A stretch of 64,000 bases of DNA from Macrostomum lignano (Eukaryota): NCBI GenBank assembly GCA_002269645.1, contig NIVC01001686.1, forward strand, positions 124,001 to 188,000, written 5' to 3'. Each line of letters starts with the position of its first letter. The first letter of the stretch is position 1. The notes beneath the pieces are model-generated. The model searched no databases, had not been told where the DNA came from, and saw only the letters and a list, made by a program, of their open reading frames with translations. The position numbers and the translations under genes are program-made. Positions 13,846 to 29,825 of this stretch are shown one piece after another.

Positions 13846-14619
13846 GACGAGCCCAAACTCACCATGGCAACCAGAGGCAGTCTGTATCTGAGGTCAGAGG
13901 CAATGGGTAATGCAATGGCCGGACTAGGAATATCAGGATGCCTTCGCTTCATAACCATAGGAACGGTTGGCAAAGAGATATTGCGGAGCTATCAGCAAAC
14001 ATCAATGCAGCCAGTAATATATAAAGCTAGTTGTCTGTAAATCTGGGTATAGTAATGAAAAAGACTATTTGCTACAAACACAATAGACTAATTCTCAAGA
14101 TTTAAAACATTGATCTGTAATTTAAGATTCAATAGTCCAGCAGTTTAATAGGAGCAGAGCCTCGTGACCAATCAGAATTGGTTTATACAGAGAGTAGAGA
14201 ACAATAGAAGAGGCTCTGAAACTCGAATTCAGATGTCAGCTTGCTGGCTTTAATTTGCTTTTGACGTGCCCAGTGTTATATTGCACAGAAATGTATAAAT
14301 TTATACAGCATACATTGCTCTTGGGCCACTCTTTCGGCTCAGTATTCTGCGTGTTTTACAACTTGCTGAGGGGGGCCAATAAAAACCGACAGAGGGTCAG
14401 GAATGTGAGAGGAAAACTCTTGGCATCTGTCCCAGCCAATGCTTGGCTAATACGTATGTAAGCTTGAGTTCGAGAGGCTGAGCAGTGCACTAACCTAATA
14501 GAAATTTTCTACGAATATAGATCAAATTTTGTGTTCTTTTATTCGGTTGCTGAGCCGTTGCACTGCTGATTTCTGTTGATTTTCGTGGATTCCGGATTGC
14601 CGGGGATTTTCATTTGCGT

Positions 14620-15575
14620 GGGGTTCCATAAATTTATGTGGTTTCCATAGATGTGAGTAGTTTTCAAAGATTCATGTGGTTTCCATAGATTCATGTGGTT
14701 TCCATAGATTTGTGTGGTTTCCATAGATTCATGTGGTTTCCATAGATTTGTGTGGTTTCCGCAGTTTTGTGTGGCTTTCATAGATTGATGTGGTTTCCAC
14801 TGATTTGCGTGGTTTCCATAGATTTATGTGATTTCCATAGATTTGTGTGGTTTCCATAGATTTGAGTGGTTTCCATAGATTTATGCGATTTCCACTGATT
14901 TGCGCGGTTTCCATAGATTTATGTGATTTCCATAGATTTGTGTGGTTTCCATAGATTTGAGTGGTTTCCATAGATTTATGCGATTTCCATAGATTTGTGT
15001 GGTTTCCATAGATTTGAGTGGTTTCCATAGATTTATGCGATTTCCATAGATTTGTGTGGTTTCCATAGATTTGTGATTTCCATAGATTTGTGTGTTTTCC
15101 ATAGATTTGTGTGTTTTCCATAGATTTGTGTGGTTTCCATAGATTTGTGTGTTTTCCATAGATTTGTGTGGTTTCCATAGATTTGTGATTTCCATAGATT
15201 TGTGTGTTTTCCATAGATTTGAGTGGTTTCCATAGATTTATGTGATTTCCATAGATTTGTGTGGTTTCCATAGATTTATGCGATTTCCATAGATTTGTGT
15301 GGTTTCCATAGATTTATGTGATTTCCATAGATTTGTGTGGTTTCTATAGATTTATGTGATTTCCATAGATTTGTGTGGTTTCTATAGATTTATGTGATTT
15401 CCATAGATTTGAGTGGTTTCCATAGATTTATGTGATTTCCATAGATTTGAGTGGTTTCCATAGATTTATGTGATTTCCATAGATTTGTGTGATTTCCATA
15501 GATTTATGTGATTTCCATAGATTTGTGTGGTTTCCATAGATTTATGTGGTTTCCATAGATTTCTGTGGTTTCATA
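14620..15575. repeat. 19-bp minisatellite (GATTTGTGTGGTTTCCATA)
   Basis: Direct periodicity. Confidence 0.95.
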
Positions 15576-16109
15576 GATTTGTATGGGGTCTGTAGATCCT
15601 TTAAATCCCTTTGCCTTTGGATTCCTTAGATTCCAAACTGTGTACTGCGGAGAGTCGGCCATCTATCTTTCGCATGCTCAATTCGGTGTCTGACTGCCAA
15701 GAAATGCAAGCGGATATTGCTCAGTTGTCCAGCAAATCCAAAGCAATTAGTAAGTAAAGTAGGGATTCCGTCTCTTTGTATTGGAAAAGGAGAAGAGAAG
15801 GGACAAGCATGGGTATTTATCTGGGACGCCGGCTTGTGCTGTGGGATGGATCTGTACAGAAGCAGAAAGTTTGAGTAAACAGTTATAAGTTTTCCCCTGT
15901 TTGAGGAGATCGAAGTTCGGTCTTAAGATTGCAGCAAATCCTATAAGCTGGTGAGGAGCTGAAGATTGTTGGGCAAGCAATTGTAGTTTATGCGGAGAAT
16001 AAAAAGTTAGCGCCGAACTGCTCTTCCCTGAGAACTGGGGAGCTTTTCTTTTATTGGTAGACCAAATTTTAGGAGGATTAATACCGATGGACTCTAGATT
16101 CACTATTGG

Positions 16110-17190
16110 GTGAGGTCAAGTGACTTTTTATGAATGTTTTAGGTGAGGTCATCTGACGTTTTATCCGACTGTTTTAGATGAGGTCAACTGACTTTATCTG
16201 ACTGTTTTAGGTGAGGTCAACTGACTCTTTATCTGATTATTTTAGGTGAGGTCAACTGACTCTTTATCTGACTGTTTTAGGTGAGGTCATCTGACGTTTT
16301 ATCCGACTGTTTTAGATGAGGTCAACTGACTTTATCTGACTGTTTTAGGTGAGGTCAACTGACTCTTTATCTGATTATTTTAGGTGAGGTCAACTGACTC
16401 TTTATCTGACTGTTTTAGGTGAGGTCAGACGTTCTATCACTTATAGACTCTTTATCTCTCTGACGTTTTATCTGACTGTTTTAGGTGAAGTCAACTGACT
16501 ATATCTGACTGTTTTAGTGAGGTCAGCTGACGTTTTATCTGACTGTTTAGGGCGAGGTCAACTGACTCTTTATCTGACTGTTTTAGGTGAGGTCATCTGA
16601 CGTTTTATCCGACTGTTTTAGATGAGGTCAACTGACTCTTTATCTGATTATTTTAGGTGAGGTCAACTGACTTCTTATCTGACTGTTTTAGGTGAGGTCA
16701 TCTGACGTTTTATCTAAATGTTTTAGGTGAAGTCAACTGACTATATCTGACTGTTTTAGTGAGGTCAGCTGACGTTTTATCTGACTGTTTAGGGCGAGGT
16801 CAACTAACTTCATATCTGACTGTTTTAGGCGAGGTCAACTGACTCTTTATCTGACTGTTTTACTGAGGTCAGCTGACGTTTTATCTGACTGTTTTGGATA
16901 TAAGGTCAGCTGACGTTTTTTGTGACGTTTCGGGTGAGGTCAACTGACTCTTTATCTGACTGTTTTACTGAGGTCAGCTGACGTTTTATCTGATTTTTTT
17001 GGATAAGGTCAGCTGACGTTTTTTATGTGACGTTTCGGGTGAGGTCAACTGACTCTTTATCTGACTGTTTCGGGTGAGGTCAACTGACTCTTTATCTGAC
17101 TGTTTCGGGTGAGGTCAACTGACTCTTTATCTGACTGTTTCGGGTGAGGTCAACTGACTTCTTGTCTGACTTATTTAGGCAAGGTCAACT
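16110..17190. repeat. ~35-bp minisatellite (GGTGAGGTCAACTGACTCTTTATCTGACTGTTTTA), ~30 units
   Basis: Direct periodicity. Confidence 0.95.
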
Positions 17191-17634
17191 GACTTTTATC
17201 TCATTTTGGCACCGGAGAACCTGACTGTCCCATCTCTCTAGTAGGACATAAATCACAATTCTTTTAACTAGCTAGCATCATTGCGACTTTATCGCTAAAT
17301 ATGACTAATCACATTTATAAAGTTATATACATACATCGTACTATAATGATACTGTAACAAAAACTAACCCAGCCAAGATTAGATAATGATGAGCCATGCT
17401 CCAACAGAAGGTTAATGAGTTTGCTTAGCCTCGTACGGCCGGTCTGTCTGGCACAGCCAGCATGTGTGACACGGATCAACCAATTAACTCCAGTACGGTG
17501 AGCGCCTACCAGCATGCATAGGCAAAGCAATCAACTGTTTGGCTGAGACAGGGGTTCTGCTTAAATCAATTTAGCCAAATATTAAGCATTGAGAGCGTGT
17601 GGATGAGGCAGATACACATGGAGCTCTAAAATAA

Positions 17635-17669
17635 CTAACTAGCTAGCTAACTAACTGACTGACTAACTG

Positions 17670-17744
<75 letters not shown>

Positions 17745-17749
17745 GACTG

Positions 17750-17784
<35 letters not shown>

Positions 17785-17791
17785 GTAACTG

Positions 17792-17858
<67 letters not shown>

Positions 17859-17881
17859 GTAACTGACTAACTAACTAACTG

Positions 17882-17972
<91 letters not shown>

Positions 17973-18015
17973 GTAACTGACTAACTAACTAACTGACTAA
18001 CTAACTAACTGACTG

Positions 18016-18098
<83 letters not shown>

Positions 18099-18105
18099 GT
18101 AACTG

Positions 18106-18152
<47 letters not shown>

Positions 18153-18199
18153 GTAACTGACTAACTAACTAACTGACTAACTAACTAACTAACTGACTG

Positions 18200-18266
<67 letters not shown>

Positions 18267-18273
18267 GTAACTG

Positions 18274-18328
<55 letters not shown>

Positions 18329-18371
18329 GACTAACTAACTAACTAACTGTAACTGACTAACTAACTAACTG

Positions 18372-18414
<43 letters not shown>

Positions 18415-18415
18415 G

Positions 18416-18480
<65 letters not shown>
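17635..18480. repeat. (AACT)n microsatellite with periodic CTGTAACTGA interruptions
   Basis: Direct. Confidence 0.97.
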
Positions 18481-19154
18481 AAGATGGGGCGGTAAACGCG
18501 TCTGTCTGACGAAAAATTGCCCTGTGGGTTGTCGTGAGACTCGCACCACCCATGAGGGCCAAACCCCAAGGCACACGGAGAGTACATGCCTAACCGATTA
18601 GAAATTCAGGGCTGCTACCCACCCTGTGAGCGGGTGCATGAGGGCGTCTGTGTACAGTATTGACACTTTTGCATGTGCTCAGGACTCAGTGGAATTGCCT
18701 CGGCACTGGCGTTGTGAGGCGATATCACCGAAAGCATACGATCTGGCTGCAAATATTCTCATTATCTCATTCTCAGTCTCACTACACCTGTTTCTACACT
18801 AACGAGTTTTTTACAAAGCCAACTCCAAATCTGCCAGTCCAGATGCAGTGTCCAGTACTCCATAAGCTGGCCCCACTTTCAAATCCAGGTCTCCCGCAAC
18901 CTCGATGACTGACGAGCGCCTGGGCCGCGGCGCCATCAGACTCAGCATCAGTTTTACAATGCGCTACACACAGGAGCGGAAACCGCTAACCAGAGGATGA
19001 ATGAGGGCAGAGAGAGGGGTGGTGGTGCTTAATTAAGGCAGACCTGCTCTCTGTCGCGATCTGCAGGAAAAAATATTATAAGCAGTCCCCCCCCTGTTCA
19101 ACGCCTCGTCAAATAAAAGCTACGCGCACGATAGATACAGAAATTAATGACTGG

Positions 19155-19192
<38 letters not shown>

Positions 19193-19589
19193 GGCGAACT
19201 CGAGTTTACCGAATCGCGGATAAAAAATCCCTTGAGGGGAAAGGGAAACGGAAGTGCGATATTGTCGTATGGGGAGAGAAAGGAAGCGCAAACACATCAG
19301 CAGCCAGCAAGCGGCTCGATGAGTGCTTTCTCCACGCGAGGCGAGGGGACACGAGGATTTTTACTCTCAGGACGACTATCTTTATAACGGCGCGAAAAAA
19401 AGAAGAATTAATTGCACGCGACTTGAGTTCACTAGAATGAGAAGTCTTGCGCTTCCTGAGAACCAGTTCAGTAGATATAACAGAGGTTGCAGTCAGGACA
19501 GCAATCAAAGCCAGAGCTTTAAAAATCATTCCACAGACTCCTCAGCACATGCTCGCCCTCACGGCTTTGAATCAACCACTAACCCACTA

Positions 19590-20125
19590 AACTACTAAAC
19601 TAAAGAATCGTCCCTAAACTACCCTAAGAATCGCCCCTAAACTACCCTAAGAATCGCCCCTAAACTACCCTAAGAATCGCGCCTAAACTACCCTAAGAAT
19701 CGCCCCTAAACTACCCTAAGAATCGCTCCTAAACTACTCTAAGAATCGCCCCTAAACTACTCTAAGAATCCCCCCTAAACTACTCTAAGAATCGCCCCTA
19801 AACTACTCTAAGAATCGCCCCTAAACTACTCTAAGAATCGTCCCTAAACTACCCTAAGAATCGCCCCTAAACTACCCTACGAATCCCCCGAAACCACCCT
19901 AAGAATCGACCCTAAACTACCCTAAGAATCACCCCTAAACTGCTCTAAGAATCGCTCCTAAACTACACCACCAATCGCCCCGAAACCACACTGAAAATCG
20001 ACCCTAAACTGCTCTAAGAATCGCCCCTAATCTACTCTAAGAATCGCCCCTAATCTACTCTAAGAATCGCCCCTAATCTACTCTAAGAATCGCCCCTAAA
20101 CTACCGTAAAAATCGCCCCTAAACC
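19590..20125. repeat. 23-bp minisatellite (CTAAGAATCGCCCCTAAACTACC)
   Basis: Direct periodicity; related to 35745-36010. Confidence 0.93.
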
Positions 20126-20664
20126 AACAAAAATCCTATCTTAACTATCATAATGTTATCTACCAAAGCCAGTTTCACTTCAATTAGAATAGCACAGAAT
20201 CACGTGACGAATTTATAATCATAAAAAACGCAGAATAAAAAAAAAAAAAAAAAAAACGATTGTGTAAAAAATGTTTCATTCTACTAACAAAAAGTAGTCT
20301 AGTGGTCATTTGAAAAAGTCTTTCAGATTGTCTGTTGCGCAGATCCACTTGAATTTATATTGGAATAAACAGAGAGGTGCGAAAGTCGACAAAAGGAATT
20401 TATTCATACGCAACTGGATGCTGAATTTAATAATTTTGAACACAGCACAGGCGCCTTGGTACTCGCAACGCCTATAAACTTGCATAAACAGAGTATAATA
20501 TTAATCACAGCGTGCAATAAGGGTATAGCTAAGTATCAGTTGCATTTGCGCTTCACTGCAGATAGATTTAAACTAGATGTTTAATATTTGGGTGAAAGCT
20601 ACACGGTTTCAATTGAGACAAGACAGTGCTTTAGAAGCCACAAGACAGGAACTTTTTGGGGTAT

Positions 20665-21140
20665 GACAACTGGGGAGGCTGGCCAAGCAAATGGGGATCT
20701 GGAAGGCTGGCCCAGCAACTGACACTCTGGGAGGGCGGCCCAGCAACTGAGGATCTAGGAGCCTGGCCCAGCAACTGAGGATCTAGGAGCCTGGCCCAGC
20801 AACTGAGGATCTAGGAGCCTGGCCCAGCAACTGAGGATCTAGGAGGCTGGCCTAGCAACTGAGGATCTGGGAGGCTGGCCCAGCAAACGCTGATCTGGGA
20901 GCCTGACTCAACAACTGTGGATGTAGGAGGCTGGCCCAGCAACTGACACTCTGGGAGGCTGGCCAGCAACTGAGGATCTGGGAGGCTGGCCCAGCAGCTG
21001 AGGATCTGGGAGGCTGGCCCAGCAGCTGAGGATCTGGGAGGCTGGCCCAGCAACTGAGGATCTGGGAGGCTGGCTCAGCAACTGAGGATCTGGGAGGCTG
21101 GCTCAGCAACTGAGGATCTGGGAGGCTGGCTCAGCAACTG
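20665..21140. repeat. Second array of the same 28-bp minisatellite
   Basis: Same unit and same orientation as 4615-5805, including the GACACTCTGG variant. Confidence 0.95.
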
Positions 21141-21939
21141 AAGACCTGGAAAGGTAGCTGCTGTTGCAGAAAGACCTGCAAGTGCTGCAAACCTCACCCA
21201 TCTATCGCCCTTTTTCAGCAACCCCTTTAGCAGCAGCCGTAATCTTAGATATCGGAAATGCTTACATGTACATCTTTGAGGCTTCATCTACCATACGCTC
21301 GTAAAAGAGCATAGCCAAGTCTGCTCTGCATGAATTCCCAATACTGCCAGCTGGGAGAGATGAAGAGAAGAGGGGAGAGTGGGAGTGGAACAGGCAGGGG
21401 GATGTGGGAAATGATTGGCACCCACTTGATTTGCTCACACACTGTTTAAATCCTCAGGAATAAGGGGATGGAGCGCTCGGAAAGCAATTTATAACTTGCA
21501 TGAGAAAAGGTGCATGCGCTGATGTTGAGAATGGCCAATCCCATAGTGTGCTCATGCTCACCCGTCCCTCCCTTATGTCTATTTGAGTAGCAACTATACC
21601 GCTGAGCCCATACCGAAGTGTGGGGCCCGAACTGTCTCTCTGGCATGCTGTATTTTGTGTCAGACTGGTTTGAGAAGTACCTCTATTTATTCTCTCTCTC
21701 AGTCCCTCGAATGTGTCAATCATATTTCCGCATTGTCGAGTCTGGCGCTGCCTGCTTTAATTAATTTAATTACAGCTCTGAGTACTTTTACTAGAGGCCA
21801 CCCTTCAACTGCAGAGATCTGCATGAGTGCTATTTATCTGAACCTTAGTATTTATTGATTCAATTGGAAATTTAACTTTAAAACAAGAAGCCTGATTCTA
21901 GATTATAGCCTCATCTAATGGAATACTATGACTGACTTC

Positions 21940-22610
21940 TCTCTTCCTTTGTTTCTGTTCTCTCCCCCCTCTCTCTCTCCTTAATCTCTTCTCTCTCCTC
22001 ATCTCTCTTCTCTCTCCTCATCTCTCTCCTCATCTCTCTTCTCTCTCCCCATCTCTCTTCTCTCTCCCCATCTCTCTTCTCTCTCCCCATCTCTCTTCTC
22101 TCTTCCCATCTCTCTTCTCTCTCCCCATCTCTCTTCTCTCTTCCCATCTCTCTTCTCTCCCCCCATCTCTCTTCTCTCTCCCCATCTCTCTTCTCTCTCC
22201 CCATCTCTCTTCTCTCTCCCCATCTCTCTTCTCTCTCCCCATCTCTCTTCACTCTTCCCATCTCTCTTCTCTCTCCATCTCTCTTCTTTTCTCCTCATCT
22301 CTCTTCTCTCTCCATCTCTCTTCTCTCTCCTCATTTCTCTTCTCTCTCCCCATCTCTCTTCTCTCTCCCCATCTCTCTTCACTCCCTAACTCTCTTCACT
22401 CTTCCCATCTCTCTTCACTCCCTAACTCTCTTCTCTCTCCCCATCTCTCTTCACTCCCTAACTCTCTTCACTCTTCCCATCTCTCTTCTCTCTCCCCATC
22501 TCTCCTCTCTCTCCCCATCTCTCTTCACTCTTCCCATCTCTCTTCTCTCTCCCCATCTCTCCTCTCTCTCCCCATCTCTCTTTTCTTCCCCCTGTTTCTC
22601 TGCTCTCTCC
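21940..22610. repeat. 19-bp polypyrimidine minisatellite (CCCCATCTCTCTTCTCTCT)
   Basis: Direct periodicity. Confidence 0.93.
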
Positions 22611-23224
22611 CCCCGATCTCCAAGAATTGATAAATAAGCTCTTAATTAAGAAAATAAAAAGTAGGTAATTCACAAAAAATCATGGCTTCCCAAAATTTGG
22701 GCAGAGAGCAGATTTGAATCGAGACGAAAAAGCAAGGAAAAAGATCCCAAATCACTTACGCTAAAATGCGCAGAAAAAATCGATAAAAATGGGTGAAGGT
22801 TCCAGCTTCCATCATCAGCATAAGCGCATTAGGCATTAGCTCGGGGAGCAAGCAAGAAGTGGAAAAGCGAAGGAAGAACAGACGAATCTTCCTCTTTGAC
22901 TCTGGGACTGGCGATGGGATTTAGAAGTCGGCCTGAGTGACAGGGGGGTGGGGGGGTCACAGGTGGGACGAGGAAGTTACGGCGGGGCTCAGCATGGGAA
23001 TATGGGCATTTAATCCTCACTAATACTGACTGCGCTACTATCGTCGGGAAGGGAAGGGGAATTGAGCAGGATTCATGCAAAGGAATTAATGGCGGAGGTG
23101 GGAGAGACGGAGAAGAGGAAGCAGAGAGATGGACCGGTCAGTGCACTGGGTGAAGGCTCGGGAATCACGTAACATCAGACACCCACGCACACATCAAATG
23201 AATTCGAATGCAATATGAGAAAAG

Positions 23225-23700
23225 TGATGAGTAGGTAGATAGGTAGATAGGTAGGTAAAATTAGGAGATAAGTAAGCAGGTAGGTAAGTAAGATAGACGG
23301 ATAGGTATTTAGGTCGACAGGCAGTTGAATAAGTAGAAAGGCAGACAGACAGGTAGTTAGATAGGTAGAAAGACAGGTGGATGGGAAGTTGGATACGTAG
23401 ATAAGCAGGTAGAAAGGTAGTTGGATAGGTAGATAAGTAGGTAGACAGGTACTTGGATAGGTAGATAAGCAGGTAGACAGGTAGTAGGATAGTTAGATAA
23501 GCAGGTAGACAGGTAGTAGGATAGTTAGATAAGCAGGTAGACAGGTAGGTGGATAGGTAGACAAGCGGGTAGACAGGTAGTTGGATAGGTAGATAAGCAG
23601 GTAGACAGGTAGTTGGATAGGTAGATAAGCAGTTGGATAGAGATAAGCAGGTAGTAGGTAGTTGGATAAGTAGATAAGCAGTTAGACATGTAGTTAAATA
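23225..23700. repeat. Degenerate AGRT-rich ~32-bp repeat next to the polyQ exon donor
   Basis: GATAGGTAGATAAGCAGGTAGACAGGTAGTTG units. Confidence 0.85.
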
Positions 23701-23729
23701 AGTGTCAGCCAATCGCTCAATGGACTTAC

Positions 23730-23798
23730 CGGATCTACATAGCTGCCATAGAGCACAGTCTTCGGTGGTAGACCAGGATGGTACTGAGACCTGCCCTG

Positions 23799-23836
<38 letters not shown>

Positions 23837-23903
23837 CCTGAGTCATGTAGTTCTGCGGAGGCTGTAGGATCAACATGTCCGACTGCTGCTGCTGTTGCTG
23901 CTG
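23730..23903 (-). CDS. RBMS/shep: Probable first coding exon (polyQ-rich N-terminus) of the RBMS/shep-like gene
   Basis: Acceptor TTTTTCTATCGCAG followed by an open frame QQQQQQQSDMLILQPPQNYMTQEQ(n)GRSQYHPGLPPKTVLYGSYVDP, then a perfect donor CCG|GTAAGT. 174 nt, phase 0/0, compatible with the exon at 7546. Internal ATG at 23876. The link to the downstream exons is inferred from strand and phase only. Confidence 0.55.
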
Positions 23904-24259
23904 CTGCGATAGAAAAATTTTGTCATTCAATTCAATCTTTCAGTTGGGGCATTTTCAGCGTTTTGGTCTTTAAAAGTTTTGCGCATTCGGCTTGCTGGCT
24001 ACAGGCAGAGAGCCTTGTCGCCGGATAAATTTAAAGATTTGCATCGCTTGTTCTGCGAACACAGTGCCGAAACTGACTGACCAGATTGCAGTTTATACCG
24101 CAGATTTGGTGTAGAGATGGAATAGAGGCAGTTACTGTAGGTGCACACGTTGTGGATAGGAAAATTTTAATAATAGAGTCAGATAGATGCTCTATAGGAT
24201 TTCGCTATAAATCCCAATCCTACTGTGTAGGTCTTTTCATTACTTTATATGTATTCCAG

Positions 24260-25030
24260 ATCCCAATAAGCGTTCGCAATATCCCAGATCCCAGAACTCA
24301 TGAATTATCCCTATCTGAGACCACAAAATCCCAATTTATGATCCGAAATCCAGATGCGAACATCCCAGATCTCATTATCTCAGTCCCAATTTCTAAAAAT
24401 TCCAATATTCCAGATCCCAAAAGCACAGATCCCAAGATCCCAGATTCGAATCCCAGATCCCAATATCCCAGATTTCAATCCCAGATCCCAATACTCCAGA
24501 TCCCAATATTCCCGCTTTTAATCCCAGATACTAATATCCCAGATTTCAATCTCGGATCCCAATATCCCAGATCCCAATGCAATATCCCAGACACCAATAT
24601 CCCGGATTCCAATCCCAGAACCCAACATCCAAGATTTCAATCCCAGATCCCAATATCCCAGGTTCAATCCCAACTCCCAATATCCCAGCTCCCAATCCCA
24701 GATATCATTATCCCATATCCCAATATCCGAGATTTCAATCCCAGATCCCAAAACTCCAGATCCCAATATCCCAGATTCCAATCCCTGATCCCAATATCCC
24801 CAGATCCTAAATATCCCAAGCTAAATCCCAGTCGGTTCCCGGAACCCAATATCTCAGATCCTAAATATCCCAATCTAAATCCCAGTCAATTCTCGGATCC
24901 CAATATCCCCATATCCTAAATATCCCAAGCTAAATCCCAGTCAATTCTCGGATCCCAATATCCCCATATCCTAAATATCCCAAGCTAAATCCCAGTCGAT
25001 TCCTGGATCCTAATACCATCAGATCCTAAA
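24260..25030. repeat. Degenerate CCCAGAT/CCCAATAT low-complexity repeat
   Basis: Direct. Confidence 0.85.
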
Positions 25031-25548
25031 TATTCCAATAATGGTCTGAAACCAAATCAGATGTTTTTCATCAATGAAGTCGCTGCAGACCAATTGCCTT
25101 CTCCCCTCGCAGCAGTCCAGCCACTGGTGTAGGTGTGAGCAGCTATGGGCAGTATGCCTACTATACTTGCATACTTGCATACTTGCGGAATAAAAAAATG
25201 CAGTTCTAACCACCCCCTGTCCAAGTAATCTCTACTAATCTTTTTACTTTAAGAGTGGCTTCAGATAGAAGAGTAAAAGAGTCATGAGGAGATAAACTGA
25301 CTGCTGCCGTGAGTCCAGCTGACACCAAAAAAATGCTGTCCCCCCACACAGTCAACTGGGGATTTAAAAAAAAAGAAATCCCATTTCTGCTTTAGAAATC
25401 TCAGTTCCCAAACACACATACACACAGTTTGGGCTCAGAGTATATAGTGTAGACATAATTATGGGATTTGCTGCATAGAATATGGGGAGGACAGATCGTA
25501 TATATCCTCTCTCAGTTTAGCTATAAGGGCTTTGCAGAAAAAGAATGG

Positions 25549-25607
<59 letters not shown>

Positions 25608-26244
25608 ATTTCTTGGAGTTGCACAGCTGTTGCCTCAACAATCGTGTTTGTTCCTCTCGCTGCTTGGAGCCCTGCGCATTCTGCAAGGAGCCGCGCTTCC
25701 AAAATCCCAAGCGGAAATTTGTGCTCAACTGGGATTTTGGCGATTTTGGCTTCGGCTTTGGCTATTAAAGACTGAGGAGGAGGGGGTAAATAAAGGTAGA
25801 GGCATTATAGGCATAGGCATAGAGTGCCAAATGATTGATGGCTAGGTGGCTGGTAGATAGATAAAGTAGGTAATGGTAGTTACTTAGGTAACCAGATTGG
25901 TAGGTAGGTAGACAGCAAGTAGATAAGGTAAGTTGATTTGGATGAGTTTATGCGCAGTTTAACATAACTAAGCGTGCATAGATACTCAAAAATGCCGCCC
26001 AGGACTAATAAGGCTTGGATGCGCTCCGACTGCGCAATTGAAACTCGCGGCGATACGTTTGCTAAGGACGAACGCTTATGCTAATGCATCGGAGCTATGC
26101 TGAATGCATCGTCAGAGGCCAGGCATGGACAAGCACCAAATCAGCTCTTCTGACCGAAAAGGGCGTATTCACTCTAGCCAATTAACATATCTGCATGTGT
26201 GTTGTGTGTTTCAGTTTAAATACTGCCAGTCTAGCTGGTTTATA

Positions 26245-28510
<2,266 letters not shown>

Positions 28511-29339
28511 CAGAGACAGACACACGAAGAAGACACACGATCACTCTACACTCAAAGCCGATCATAACTCATCCCCAATGGGAGCAACACGCGAGTCCAG
28601 TTCAGAGCGGAGCAGCGAGCTGCACATAAAGCATTAGCGGTATCGGTGTATCGGGTCGGGGCCGATCAAGCTATACTTGTGCCGAAACTACTGCATATTA
28701 TGTGATGCGCTGGCTGCTTGAGATAACAGTTTAGCATATTTATATTTGCCCTCGTTCCCATCTCTCCCCGAGAAGTGTTCGAACTTCGAATTCGAACGGG
28801 CGCTTGCGGCCGCGCAGGGAAGGGAAGGCGGAGCAAACATCTGAGCGGCTGGCAATTCGAACTGATGGAAATGTCGAAGGCTTAGATTAGCATAAAGCCT
28901 GACTATCTGTGCTCCGTTGGGAATTTTCTCGACCAAAATGTTCCGAAGCCTTTGCCTATCGGATGTACAATTTCCATTTCTGTCTATCCGGCGAATGAGG
29001 GAGGGCATCGCATTGTGCCGGACTCAACTTCTGGAACTGATTTATTCATTCATGCATCCCAATATTGAGCGGCCATGCCCAGATACAAGCTGCAACTCAA
29101 TCAAGCTGTTTGCTCACAGCTTCTGTTCTGCAGCCGAAATTGCATGCCTGCTCATTCAATCCCGAAAGTCCAGCATTACGGGGGGAGGCATTAAGCTAAA
29201 TTCGATATTTCGGATTTGGAGTTCTAGTTCGTTCCGCTGCACGAGTCAGTGACTTTGACAGGACTGTGGGAAGGAAATGATTGGCATGTAGTGACACTGT
29301 TGTGCCATTCAGAATTCATGTCCGCGGTGTTCGTGGATC

Positions 29340-29825
29340 AGAATTGGATATCCGGGAACTCCGGGATCTCGGTTGGCGAATTCCGATATCAGAATTGAGG
29401 GATTCTGAGATCATGGTTAAAGAATTTTGGGATCGGGAATTCTGGGATCAGGGGATTTCGGGTTCGGGGGATTCCGGGTTCGGGGGATTCCGGGTTCGGG
29501 GAATTCTGGGATCTTAGTTTGGGAATTTAATTCCGGGATCAGGATTGGGGGATTCTTAAATCATAGTTAGGGAATTCCGGGATTGGGGAATTCCGGGATG
29601 TTGGTTGGGGAATTCCAGAATCAGGATTGGGGGGTTCTGAGATCATGGTTAGGGAATTCCGGGATCGGGGAATTCCGGCATGTTAGTTGGGGAATTCCAG
29701 AATCAGGATTGGGGGATTCTGAGATCATGGTTAGGGAATTCCGGGATCGGGGAATTCCGGCATGTTGGTTGGCGAATTCCGATATCAGGATTGGGGAATT
29801 CCAAGATCGGAATTGGGGAATTTTG
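29340..29825. repeat. Degenerate GGGAATTCCGGGAT-type G-rich repeat
   Basis: Direct. Confidence 0.85.

Noticed and set aside
15640-15760. IFRMLNSVSDCQEMQADIAQL, resembling the CR1/L2 RT segment after the YADD motif
   Set aside because: Too short, and the catalytic motif is not recognisable.
28770-28800. Heat-shock element (GAA/TTC cluster)
   Set aside because: Spacing does not fit alternating nGAAn pentamers.
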